The notes beneath the pieces are model-generated. The model was given only the letters and a program-made list of their open reading frames with translations, ran no database searches and was not told the origin of the DNA. DNA of 61,697 bases, counting the filler, from Platydemus manokwari (lineage: Eukaryota), in NCBI GenBank assembly GCA_037951405.1. It is 5 parts of 5 records of this genome, joined end to end, with 100 filler letters (N's around TTAATTAATTAA, not from the genome) between each part and the next. Parts side by side here need not be neighbours in the genome. Positions count along the whole stretch, not along the records: positions 29,467 to 43,148 come from JBBMOY011644736.1; 4 more parts are not named here. One strand, given 5' to 3'. Below are positions 29,467-42,434 of this stretch, in pieces. The position numbers and the translations under genes are program-made. How positions within the stretch are numbered: position 1 is the stretch's first letter; each line of letters begins with the position of its first letter.

Positions 29467-31804
29467 ATTGGAATTTTTTGAGTTCGTTAAATTGGATTCC
29501 TATAGATAGTAGAAACTACAAAATATGAAAATTCCAATGACTCCTTACATGCTACATACAATATAATTAAATCATTATTCCAGATATGTATCATTTTGGA
29601 ATAGTAGCTGTAAGTTGCTACCTTTTTATAAAACACGCTTTGGAGACTAACTGAAAAGTCACGACATCAAATTATATATTTAACTACAATTATTTAAACA
29701 ATATCTTATTTTGATATTAATTTAAAATAGTTATTTTAAACTTTAATCTTTACAGTATCTATAAAGGCTGGTCTCCTGTCTTTTAAAATCTCTAGACTTA
29801 TCTCTATAAGTAATAATAGAACTAGCATTGGAAATGTCTCAGAATGCTGATCTTTCATATCTTTTTCAGAAATGGTTTTGAAATTAACGAATTGGTAGCT
29901 CTGAACAATTCATCACCTCATCTGAGCTTTAATTTATTATGAAGTGATAAACTTGAAAACATTTTTCATAAATTTTCGAATTTCTTCTATATACCCAGTT
30001 ATTATTCGACTAATAAACTAAAGTTTTATTGGTTCGAATTGTATCAGCCAGACACAAATAATTATGAGAAAATGATTTTGACTATTTTCTAGTTTGCCAG
30101 ATTGGTAACTCTTTTTAAAAATCTTTTGTTAAGAAGACTTAGTTGTTTCAATAATGATAGCTTGTCACTTTCTGTAGACCAGTTATTAATTCGATTGAAA
30201 TGTTTTGAAAACAATATCTTTCTAAAATACATTTTGTAAGACTGATTTGCAGCTCCATGTGAATGATAAAAATAATAGTAATAATTAGTAATATAAGTTA
30301 GTTAATGATTTTCTTTTGGACCACATTTATTGCAATGTCGAGCAATGAGTTTATCAGTTCGGCTCTAAGAAATTAGTTAAATCCCAGAGACTGATCATTT
30401 GGATTTTCATACAAAATTAAAATAAATTTGTTTTACATTTGCTTTAATAAAATATCTCAAATATATTGATAAATACAATTCAACATTATGGGAACAATAT
30501 GGATACAATACATTATGGATAACCTCTCTAGTTCTAAGATTTGAATGCCTATCTTTAAATTTCATAGGAATTTGTAAATGAGAGTTACAAATCCTATTTT
30601 ATCTTTCAAGAATGCCAATCGGATATTAGAGTTATTAGATACTTCAGGAAACAATTTCAATTTGAAAAAAAATCGATAATTCGTAATAATTTTTGTGAAC
30701 TAATCCAAAGATAGGAATGTATGGGAAAAAATAATGTATTCCAAAGGTATAATTGGGAAAGAAATATTCGGTTTTGGACCGACCAGACATTTGTTGATCC
30801 AGTTCCTCATCATGTACAACATTCTGTAATGAACACTCTGTTGTGTTGTTATCACTATAATATTCCATAATATGTTTATATTTGGTCATCAAAAATCAAG
30901 TTCTCATAATGATTGGTATATTATGAGATGATCATAATCAATAAATTAAACCAATGCCACTTAATTTCGATAAATAAATAACATTAAATAAATAATAATT
31001 ACTATTTGGAAATGAAAGTATAAACTTGTCGGATGTCTCGAGCTGCAAGATAACTAGAAATATAATATTAGCCTCCGACGTCCATTTTTAGTAGACACAT
31101 TTTGACATATTGGTGATTATGTAACATTTTGCAAAAACGATTTCTTTATCAAAAATTGAATGCGATTTTATAATGATGTAATTTATTCGTCCTGTAACAG
31201 TGATTGTGCCATTAGCTGAATTTCTTTGTCAATATTTCTTAACATAAACTATATTTTATATTATCTAACTTATTAAAAATACTTCCTTATTCATTTATTA
31301 TTGTCAAAACAAACACAAAACTAAATAAATTAAAAAATTGAATATGAATATATTATAATTAAAAGTTGTTACGAACATTTTCAAGATATCTTTTAAATAT
31401 ATTGTGCTATTTTTTTTTAAAATTGGGCTTTGTATTTATGATCTGTGTTTATTTCTATAATATTCAAAAAGGTTTTTTTAAAATTCTAAATGCTTATTTC
31501 GGGTACTTGTAGAAAATTCATGTTATATTACATAAGTTTATCATTATAAAATATCATTAATATGATAATTCACAGTTAGAAAGACATTAGTAAAATGATC
31601 ATCAATACATATAATAAACATAAAATTGTAAATTGTTACTCAGGATAAATTGTGATGATAAATAGCGATTTTATGGACACATATTCGCAGCGACTAAACT
31701 ATATCACTTATAAAGAAATATTAAATGTACAATATATAAATTGTTATAAGATTACAAAGCATTTGATTTATGGAATGTATTTTGAAAACTTATTTCTTTT
31801 TCAG

Positions 31805-32662
31805 CCATTCATAGAAAATTTTGATAAACACTACAGAACATTGTTAGGTCACAAATCAGCGGTCACTCATTTGGCAATGGGAGAATCATTTGCAGTTTTG
31901 GCATCATGTGATACTCAGGCTAATGTTGCTATTTGGGATCCTCAAAGATTGAGTTTAATACATTTCATTGATTGGCAGTCAATCAAATGTACACCATTGA
32001 GGAAAACAGTCAGTTGTCCAGCTTCAATAATGTCCAGTAGTGTTAAAAATATATAATTAATCATATAGTTAGTCATGATTAAGAATATGATGAAACCGTC
32101 AACGGATTCTTGCCCGATCCAACTGATTCTTTATCAGAAATATCAGCCATGTGCTTCAGTGAGACGTTAGGAGACTTAGTCATATCTCGATTAATGAAAC
32201 AAAAAGGTACTAGTTTGATATCGGACATAGAAATATAATATTTTTAGTTGTAAATAAACTTGAGAGCATCTCTAATATCAGTCTATTCACTATTAATGGA
32301 AAGCATGTTCAATCAATCATGTTATCTGGGACCGTGATTTCACTCAGTTATACTAACTTGGTAGAAGGGCGTAATACGAACGCTATTGCAGCAGTTACTA
32401 GAGAAGGGCGCTTGACGGTGATGAGCAGCTGGAATTTACAAATCGTTTGGAAAGTCAAGGTAAGAATGAAAGCCATAGCAATAAAAGGTAACCATTGGAT
32501 TTGTAGATTCCTCAACTTTACCAACCGGATCCAATCGCGTCAATTCAATATACACACACAGGTAGCGAACTATACGTCATACACGAGTCCGGACATCTGC
32601 AAGTGCTTCAATCCAATAAACCAGACATGTCATCGAGACAGCATACTTATTTTTGGTTATGA
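31805..32662 (+). CDS. LYST: 3' terminal exons of a LYST (lysosomal trafficking regulator, BEACH-WD40) homolog; 5' partial
   Basis: Hand-spliced GT-AG exons 31805-32036, 32084-32206, 32248-32459, 32507-32662 (first junction least certain) give LLGHKSAVTHL...VAIWD...SAMCFSETLGDL...SLFTINGKHV...SYTNLVEGRNTNAIAA...MSSWNL...HTYFWL*. This parallels the LYST WD40 tail as I recall it (SETSGDI, LWTVNG, SNQPEGVSINVIAGG, WSTWDL). Upstream exons not located. Confidence 0.8.
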
Positions 32663-33172
32663 ATTATATTTTCGGAATATATTCACCAATTTTTGTAATA
32701 CATTTGTTTATTATTTAAATGTATCAATACAGCAGGAACATAAACAAATAGGGTCGAAAAGTACGTTGAAAATGTAATCATTTTATATTCTTTGTATTAA
32801 TTTTGAAACATAAATTTGACCTTTTAGTCAGTGTTAGTCAATTTTGTGTAAACACTGCTCTAATATACCCAACAATGACTAATCATTTACAAGAGTTCTC
32901 TAAATGCGTCATACCCCGTATCCAATATCAACAGGAAATAAAATATCTAGATTACGTCATATCAAAATACTCAAAATTAACGCTTCATTGATTTGCAATA
33001 CTTATCATTTATCATATAAATGTCAGCGGTCATCTTATTACGTCAGAGATACATTGTTCATGCAATTTATCGTCACTCACGATGGAGGAATTTTTCCTTA
33101 ATCACATATAATTTAAAAATGAAAAAATTTATTAAAAACGTAAACAATTATTAAAAATGTATTTACACATAA

Positions 33173-35626
33173 TTATAAATAGAATAAACGATTTCGAATG
33201 CGCTCATTGATAATTGCAGGATTGGCTCCTTTATGAACCTTACCCACTAGCTCAGCAAGCCTGTGGGCATAATGCACAGGTACAGGAACCCTTATTGTTC
33301 CCATCCAGTTAAAGTATAGATGAGTCAAAGCATAAGTTATACTTTGTAACTCATTGGGCGAAATAGCTTCCATAGTTCCAGTTTTGTTAAGCAGACGAGT
33401 ATCTTCCAAAACATTATAGTTCGTTGGAGTAGCAGTTCCTTTTGTTACTCGTTGGGAAACGACAAAAAATTCAAAAAAATTCGGCTTAACAATTTCTTTA
33501 TCGACAACGGTTCCAGGGGAAGGATTATCCCCACGATTGAACAACTTTGTTGAGATTCTCTTTTTAACGATTACGTAAATTATCTGAGGAACTGGTACGC
33601 CATTCTCTTTATAAATACTCTCTATCATCGGCTTCATGGCATCAACTTCGAATTGCTTTGTGAATTGGAGTTGACTATCACCAACACCATCTCTGAAAAC
33701 AATCAATCTTTGTGGTAAAATCTTGAAACGATTTTTGAAATCCGTTAAAGCCAAATTAAAATTCTTGCTCAACGTTTCGTGGAACTCTTGTTTTCCCTTA
33801 GGAGAGTTAACGAAACTCATATATTGGGTGAAGCTACTGTTCGATGAAAATACGGAAGCATGAATGGATTTTTTACTAGATTTATTATGGTAAGTGTCCA
33901 TACCAATCATCATCGTTGGTCTCATTTTTATATCAACTGTCCAAGGATCGTAACCGAATTTACAGAAAATTTGCATTACTGTTTTATTAGATACAACTTG
34001 ACGCCGTTTATCGTTTCTGTTGCTGCCATTCCTAGTGGTTACACATTGAGTCAACAAACCCGTGCTCATTGTGAACGATTTTACTTTCGCGTAAACACGA
34101 TCATCTGGCACAAAAACCAAAGCTATCTTAGCAGCAGAACCGTCACCACTTCTAGCAACATCATTCAAAGATTTTTCTACATCGTTTGGTCCGCAAGTGA
34201 ATACTTTTCCAAGTCTGGCGTCGATTCGTAGATTCCTGAATTCGTGTTCGATATCATTAAGAAAATTACCATATTGAGAATCATTTCTGTCGACAATGAC
34301 AACATCCACTTCATGCTTCACGCCTTTTGGGGGATTGAATTGTATTCTGCCAAATTTCCAATCATCTTTAATTTTCTCATTAATTCTTTGACCACCACTA
34401 ATAACATTGAAAGATGGTAACTCTCGACCCTCGATTTCCAACGGTCTATTTTCAATTTTTAATTGCCACTTATCCGACATTGATTGTGCAACTTTGTTTT
34501 GCCTAACCCAATCACAAAATGATGGAATATCTTCCAATCGTTCACGAGGTCCCCTCTTCAATACACAACCGAGATTCTTCTGTAAATCCATATTTGACTT
34601 CTCTTGATCGGAAAATCCACAAAGATAACACAATTCCCCGGGGATATTAAGGGTCATATCTTTGTCTTCGGGAGATTGTATTTCTCTGAGTTCCTTTGCA
34701 ATGTCCCTTCGCATGGGTCTTTTAACTCTTGTCAAAACAAAGGGTTGATCTGGTTGTTGTAAAACTATGTTGTATCGTTCCTTAAAGTATTGCGCATATG
34801 ACAGAGTTCGACCAGCCATATCAAATGTTTCATTGATGTTCATTTCCTTTATATCACTTATTCTGTATGTTTTATTGTTATATTTGGTGATTATGTCTCG
34901 CCCTATCAATTGATCAACATTTCGTCGATTGTATGATTTCGAAACAGAGTTATCATTCAAAACCCGATTGATTCTTTCGATGTATAGCAGAGTGGTTAAC
35001 TCTCCGCTGGGCTTTGTTCCTCTTTGTAGAATCGTACCGAAACCCCCAAGCACTTTAAAGTTATTGGTTTCGAAATAAGTGGGCCCGATGTCTCTGGGAA
35101 CGTCGCCTTTGGCAATATTTGGGCTTAAAAAATACCCCTTCCCGATTTTCTCTTGCCCTAACATAACTTGGAGATTATTTAACAATACATTGATCATTTG
35201 ATAGTATTCTTCGGAATCTGGGAAAATTGTTGAAACTAATCGCACTGTAACTAACTTTTCACCAATACTATATTCCATCAGTTCCGATTCTTCGTGCCAC
35301 TTTTCGCTAGTGAAAAGTCGTCGACCATCAAAACAAAATGCTCCTGGCAGACTTTTTTCATGGCAGACCCTTACAAGAAATTGTAGCTTTGATTTCAAAG
35401 TTAAACAAGTTTTGGAAAATACACTGTCATACATAAAATATTTATCAGTTTTCAATACAGAAAACTTAGTAAAACTCGATTGTAATCGCACAACTCTCCC
35501 TAAATTACCGATTTTATCAACTGTTTCTTCTGGTTGTAGCTTTGGTTCCACAATTTTAGAAATCCTTCGGAGACCACCACGTTTGTCACGAAGAGTTTTT
35601 GAAGGTCCACTTGGTTCATTCTCCAT
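33173..35626 (-). CDS. piwi: Piwi-clade Argonaute, 817 aa, CDS without introns (planarian smedwi-1/smedwi-2, DjPiwiA/B-like)
   Basis: Uninterrupted ORF. PAZ motifs TKYNNKTYRISDI and SYAQYFKERYNI; MID motifs YAKVK and TQCV; PIWI motifs GMDTYH, FRDGVGDSQ, VKKRI, PGTVVD, FFVVSQ, PTNYNV, HLYFNWMGTIRVPVPVHYAHRLA; C-terminal LFYL typical of the Piwi clade. Exact ortholog not determinable without a tree. Confidence 0.97.
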   Translation of the reverse strand: MENEPSGPSKTLRDKRGGLRRISKIVEPKLQPEETVDKIGNLGRVVRLQSSFTKFSVLKTDKYFMYDSVFSKTCLTLKSKLQFLVRVCHEKSLPGAFCFDGRRLFTSEKWHEESELMEYSIGEKLVTVRLVSTIFPDSEEYYQMINVLLNNLQVMLGQEKIGKGYFLSPNIAKGDVPRDIGPTYFETNNFKVLGGFGTILQRGTKPSGELTTLLYIERINRVLNDNSVSKSYNRRNVDQLIGRDIITKYNNKTYRISDIKEMNINETFDMAGRTLSYAQYFKERYNIVLQQPDQPFVLTRVKRPMRRDIAKELREIQSPEDKDMTLNIPGELCYLCGFSDQEKSNMDLQKNLGCVLKRGPRERLEDIPSFCDWVRQNKVAQSMSDKWQLKIENRPLEIEGRELPSFNVISGGQRINEKIKDDWKFGRIQFNPPKGVKHEVDVVIVDRNDSQYGNFLNDIEHEFRNLRIDARLGKVFTCGPNDVEKSLNDVARSGDGSAAKIALVFVPDDRVYAKVKSFTMSTGLLTQCVTTRNGSNRNDKRRQVVSNKTVMQIFCKFGYDPWTVDIKMRPTMMIGMDTYHNKSSKKSIHASVFSSNSSFTQYMSFVNSPKGKQEFHETLSKNFNLALTDFKNRFKILPQRLIVFRDGVGDSQLQFTKQFEVDAMKPMIESIYKENGVPVPQIIYVIVKKRISTKLFNRGDNPSPGTVVDKEIVKPNFFEFFVVSQRVTKGTATPTNYNVLEDTRLLNKTGTMEAISPNELQSITYALTHLYFNWMGTIRVPVPVHYAHRLAELVGKVHKGANPAIINERIRNRLFYL

Positions 35627-35631
35627 TTTAA

Positions 35632-35678
35632 CTGAAATAATAATTAATTAAAGAAATTAAGGTATTGAATAACATTAC
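35632..35678 (-). other. Predicted 47-bp 5'UTR intron of piwi copy 1
   Basis: Minus strand GTAATG...TATTTCAG followed by TTAAA-ATG; same 47-bp size as introns in LYST and Meis here. Confidence 0.6.
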
Positions 35679-38600
35679 ATTATTTTTATAAATATTAATT
35701 TAAACAACGCATGCTTATTTTACCAAAATATTAATTTATTTGTCTTTGTTCTGAACGAAACATTTAAATTCAACAAATAATGTTATGTTTAACTCTCCGA
35801 AAAAGAACTTATAAAATTTAAATTTTATTTTAAAACATTTCAATTTCTAAAAAGAAAATTTCTGCAAAAATTGTTTAATTTTTCAAACTTGAACTTTATT
35901 TCGATATTGGTTTCTTAGGCTGTAAAATGGTTAATATAATAATTAAAAACGAAAAGACATTAATGTTTTGCTTCACGAATTATGTATATTGTCCTCTAAA
36001 ACTTTGTACCAACAGAATTACTACTAGACTTTTCATTTAAGGTCTAATGTTAAATTTAGATAATAAGCATAATTCTATAGAAACATAAATTAGCTCACAG
36101 TTTGGACATTAAACATTTTAAATAATCAGGTATGTATTAATAAAGTTACTTTAATAAGTTAAGTAATCTCTATAGCTTAATTTTAACTGAGTGATTCATA
36201 TTTTTTGTTTCTGTGGAAAAAGATTGTATTCAAATCATTGTTAATAATCCAAAAGGTGAGTTTGATAAAAAAAAAGTTTGTAAAACTAAGAAGCTTTAAT
36301 TTTTTCTAGGAATAATTCTAGACTCTCAAATTCTTTAATTCAAATCTTCTCACACAAATTCATGTCGAAGTTTAAGTTATAGAAATTGAAATAGGGCCTC
36401 CTCGAGAACATTGGACTCGGTGCTAACAATAAATTACTATACATTTTAAATTCACGATAAACATAGAGATTAACCTTTTGTAATTTATTCGAAAAAAATA
36501 CATTTATCAGTGCTCAGTTTACTCGATTGTTTTATTTTATTTAATAAGTAATATACTGTTATTTTACAGACTTATTGATTGTCTGAACAAGTATTTATAC
36601 TTTCGTTAATCAATCAATTTGCTCAACTTAATTTTATTGATTAGATTTAACTTAATTATTTCTATTTTCTTTTGATACTGGTAGTTTTATTTATCATTAT
36701 TCATTTACAAATTGTTACGTTTTATATGATTCAGAAGATATTTAAAAGATATTTTTAACAATCTAAATGATCTCAAAATTTAAATGTATCATGGCAAAAA
36801 TGTGACGAACAGCTGGTTATGTACGCTTAAAATATAAATTTACAATTTGTGAAAATGTTCTAATAAAATAAAGCAATTAATATTTTATTAATGATCTGAC
36901 ATTGAATATGGAATTTTATATATAAATAATAATATATAGATAAAGAATAAGATCAATAAAATATAATTATCTATTACAATCGATACAATATAAATGATAA
37001 TTAAAATTGAATAATATGAATGTTTTTTATTAGATGTTCCATGCTGTTGCTCTTCCACGCACCATATGAGCAGATGATGATGGAGACTTTCTCATCTTCT
37101 CCTCACTACCTGAATATAGCACTATTGGTTTCCAAATAATAGGATAATACAGATAATGAATATGAAGCAAATAGATAATTCAGAATTATTATGTTCTATA
37201 GGCTTGTGATAGAAATAATTTTAAGGGGCGACTTCTATGTCAATGATTGTCAAAGTTGAAAAAAGAAATCGATTTTATGATCCAATAAGGGAAAAGAAAA
37301 TAATAAAATTAATTATTCATAATTAGCATAAAGAAAAACAGTATAAAAACCATAAGGAAATTAGAAAAATAGCTCACAAATAATTTAGAATGAGTTAGTT
37401 TGGAAAAGGCTTGCTGCATTATTCGACTAATAATTTCGGAGAAGGCTTGTAGTTTATAACAGTTTCATTAACGAAAAGTTATTATTGAAAAGTACATTTA
37501 AGTTCCATATCAGAAGCTTTCCTCGCTATCCCATTTTTATTTAACATGCGTATTTGTTAAATATTGACTTTATTTAATTGGTAAGTTTAGTTTGCTCTGT
37601 TGGGATATTTATTCATTGATTGTCATATAGTTTGTAAAAGGAATCATATTAGGTAACTGTGTACCATATTAGACAACAATGTATATTGTTATTAACCTGA
37701 ATAAAAAATATTTATGTTATTTTGGGGGCTTGCTTGTTTTATTTCTATTAAACTTATCAGTCTCTGAATTAATTTTATTGTTGTTGATCACTGTTGTCTT
37801 AAACAGTCCTTCGTGGTTCTGATCAAGCCCTAGGTACGAACTATTGAACCTATTTCTTTCTTTCTTCGCCTCGCGTTTAATATTGTATGATGACAATATC
37901 AAACGGCAACAATGATCGATGGTTATTATGTGAAAACTATAATGATTTTTTTAAATTTATCAGTCTCAAACCAAATTTACAAAGCAAATCAATAACAACG
38001 TTTGGGTTTTATAAAATATTTATTGACATCGAAATTACACTAACACTGACCATAAATTACTACAGTATTCAAGTGGTTAAATAAAAATACACAATGATAC
38101 GAAAATTCCTATCAAGCTTCAGGATAAGTTACACGGTTAATAAACTGCACGCTCTTGCAGAAAAACCACCTTTCAAGGATGTGAGACAAAGCTCTATAAT
38201 CGAAAATATACACGAGTTTTATAATACTGATTAGTTGGTTAAATAACGATTGAACTTTCGTTAACGGGTATATAATTGAATGAAGGCTTGATACAAATTC
38301 TTCTGACAAATATGGGTCGGATCGAACACGAGCACAATGTTCTGTTATAGACGATGCACTTCAAAATACGGCTTCACATAGGTAGTTCAGTTCGAAAATT
38401 GTGAGATTTTAGCCCCTATTTATACGATTCGGAAAACGAATTTAATCGTCACGGATTGTTGGAAAAATTGGATGCATTTAAATTTATTCCCCGAGGATTT
38501 TATAAGATAAAAATTCGCTGATTGTTTTTGGAAATATAAATAATATAATATATTTACATTAATATTCAAGTTCCTTGAAGGTATTTAAATGATTATTATT

Positions 38601-41600
38601 ATTTTTAACCGTGTAAAAAATTATTATTCTTGTTGTTGATATTATTATTATTATTATTTTTATTATTATTATTATTTCAGTAAATTATCCAAAAGCTTGA
38701 TTTGACATAAAAGTTAATGAATTAAAAATAAAATGAAATACAATGCTTGATTAATCAAGCTTTACACTGAAATCGTTACAAAAATTACTGCTTGATTAAT
38801 CAAGCCAAATTGATACAATTTTTCCTTTACAGTTCATAAAAATTGTTACAATATACACCAATTCATAAATAATAAATTATTACACTTTACAACAAATTTC
38901 AAATAACCAATTGTTACAGTATACATCAAATATTAAATGTCATTTGTTCAGTTAAGCGAGACTGTTTTAGTTTCAGTTGGATTGCAGAAATTGTTACAGC
39001 TTCTAAAATTGATTGTTGTTTTGTCACATCCCCAACATTTATTCAGATTTTGTCTTTTATTTTAATTATTTATAATTCACACATATGTCGGATTGAAATT
39101 GCTCTTCAACTGGCAGTATAGAACTCACATTAGTAGTAAATATAAAAGACATAATCACAACAAGAGCAGCAAAAGTTAGCAAATTACACAGCAAACTCCT
39201 CAAGTTAATAGCTGTTCAATATCCACAAGCGGGATATTAGAAAACCAAATTGAGGCCATTACAATTGCAAATTACTAATGATAAAATTTTAATTTGGATA
39301 GTGCTGTGAAATTTTAAATAAATAAAAATTTACTCTAAAAAATCTGCAAATCTCATTCGTCAATAATTATTCTTCAAAAGTAATAATCTTTACGTCTTAG
39401 AATTTGACAACAACTTTTAAAAAATCGAAAATTTCGTGTCTTCTTAAGTTTAGTGATTAAAGATCCTGCATTCTTGCAGATTTAAGATTTTTAGTAGGTC
39501 AATATTATGAACTACACTCTCTTTATTTGACTACTGGTGTTGTACTGTTTGCTTTGACTTTGTTAATATTAAGTTTCTTCATTAAGTACATTTCAATTTT
39601 TTAACCTTCTTTCTGTCTACTTGCTAATAGCATTTTAGTTATTTGAAGCTCTGAGTTTATTTGAGTTTGAGTTTGGAATATTGAACTGAATTGAGGTTTT
39701 TAATTGAAGATAATCATAATCAATTTTCTGGAGTTGTTTAATTGGGATTGAATTTGAATGGCTCACAGATTGGAAATGAGCTTTATTTGATTGCGGATTA
39801 TTGATTAAGTAATAGGATTGAGTTATTTAGGATGAATTGGATTGAAGTGATTGTGCAATGTTGAGTATTGTGTAATAAATTTTGAATGGGAATTTTTCGA
39901 AACAAATGAAATTTCTTCACAGAAGAAGAGGAGTTTTGCATTCCTGAAGAACAAAAAACAAGAAACTGTAAATCCCAGAATATAGATGTAGGTTACAAAC
40001 ATTAGAGAAGCAAATAAATGGAATTCAAATTTTATCACAACCAATACTGTAGAAACTAGAAATCAGTGAATTTAATATAGAAATAGACGAAACTAGTTTC
40101 CCACACTATTATTACATCGGACTAATGTGCAATTTCACAGATGCAGCAAATCACTAAGAAGTTTTTGTTCTTATTTGAAACTGTAAAATCCTCGATTTGA
40201 CCACAGTATTTATATTACTTTCGTGATGTTTTTCCAAGAGAAGAACAACATTATGATTATTATTAGTAAATTCAACAGTATATTTATTAAGTAATTTTCA
40301 AAGGTAAATTTTATTATTTTTATTATTAGTTCCAGCTGCCAGCTCCGACAATTACATTCTTCTAATTATATACTTTTTACATATAAGATACAAAACTTTC
40401 AAAATCGCGAAATCTCAATAAATCTCAACTCAAGCTAAAAGAAGGAGAATCACAATTTCAGTTTAAATGTCCTGTTCAGGATCTCAATGACACTTGAATG
40501 ATGTCCGAGCCTTAGTATGAGTTTGCTCAGACTCTAGAATGAAGTTTGACTGTTATTTAAATTATTATTCATTTAATTAATTCTGGCACTGTTTTAGGTT
40601 TAATTTGGATTTTAGAGGAATTTGAGTTGAATTCCAATTCTTACATCGAAATAATATCGCATTACTTTCGATCGTATTGTTTGTAGATATTGTGAAAATG
40701 AGTTTCATCGACTTATTTCGGGAAATTTCTATTATTATATTGGTTTTAACCAACTTTAATCTCCATGTTAAAGAGATTTTGTTTGCTTGTTAGAAAGTGG
40801 ACTTTGACTTACAAAAATTAAAAATAATAAAATAATCACTTATGAAAATTCCTGATAATAGATGAATTCAATTTTGAAAAGCCTTCAGTATGTGTTGAAG
40901 TTCGATAAATTGTCATCTTAGATGTGAATTATAAATAAGCACGTGTGTATTAAATTTTATATTTATTAGTCTGAATTGTTGAAAAGGTATATATTTCTCT
41001 AATCAATCCTCATTATTTTTTGCAAATAACCTCGCAATGAACTTGTGGTTTTTCTTTGACTTGGATAATAATTCAGGTCATCAAAGTCTGATCATACAGC
41101 AGTTTTAAAATTATTAATTTATAATTCTAAAAGAATAATTGGACAATTGCTACTAACATTGTAATCACCGAATGCAACATAACAACCTTAAACTTACGAC
41201 TCATTGGAAGGATAATTTAAATCTTCTAATTCTTCTATGATAGACATGGTATTATCACAAACGCTTTCCGCATGAATAATTACACTAGTGATCATAAATA
41301 GCAATAAAGTTCAAGAATTAATACAAATTAATAATAATAATACTGATAATGATAGTAGTAATAATAATAATAATGATGATAAAGGTTAAATATAAAATTC
41401 AAGTCACACTTACCTGCTGGGTTAATTTACAACAATGTGAGCCATTGATTGAACTAAAACCCAAATAATCTTTTTATCTTCACAAAATGCTTGAAGATTA
41501 CTTGGAACCAGTGAGTTTTCTATATTCTTTCTTTTATTTAAAATTATTTTATCACATTTATCTACATGAAAACCTAAATGAATTGAAACTTTAAATTAAA

Positions 41601-42434
41601 ATTATTCATAATAAAACTGACCAATTAAAATAAAGATTAAAAAATTTAAATTTAAATTATTCAAAATGTTTTCAAAAATAAATATTAAAAATCTTTTGTT
41701 AGATAATTTTAAAAAGTTATAAAATTGTATCCATTCAATTTATTCTAGTATTTGAAACGACAACTTATAACTGGTTAAAACTGGAAGTAAATCAGATTGG
41801 TTAAATTATAATGAAGATTTATAAAATTTGAAAAACTTTTATTAAATATTTTCGAATACCTTTAAAACAATTGTCAAGTACCCTTTATGGAACGCCTTCC
41901 ATAGATTGAGAATTAAATTAAACGAAATAAATTAATTTAATAATAAATATTTTTTTAAAAAATGTTTATAATTGTGATTGTTTGCTTGTGTCAATTAATT
42001 TAAGTAAATAATAATTCAAACTTTCTGTATTCCATTAAATAATCAACCAATAGACTTACATCAAAATTATCGAATTATTATTTTTCATATATATATATAT
42101 ATATATATAAATCTAATAAAATTCAAAGTACTTTCTATTTTTGATTTCAGGAAAATAGTTGGAATCCAGCGTTTTAAGAAAAACAAATCAATTAGGTTTA
42201 CTTAATAGGAATTCAAACAAAATCACTGAAACATGACATTGAAATATCAATTTCAAATAAAGTAATAAACATCACCAATTTTTAAATAATTTTTTCATTT
42301 ATTTTTAAAATCAAATTAAAACACGTGATATATTTTTGATTAAAAAACGATACCGAAAAATCAATATTTTAAAAATAAAAAGATCTTTGTTTAAATTAGT
42401 TAAATAACAAAATTGTCTGTTGTATCGCCAAATA

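Noticed and set aside
31652-32777. ORF-track calls of 134 aa and 152 aa as standalone genes
   Set aside because: Both are LYST exons extended into introns.
35310-35651. Similar antisense ORFs over both piwi copies (also 42311-42778, 33860-34231, 34407-34607)
   Set aside because: Shadow frames of the conserved piwi CDS; their similarity follows from the sense-strand constraint.
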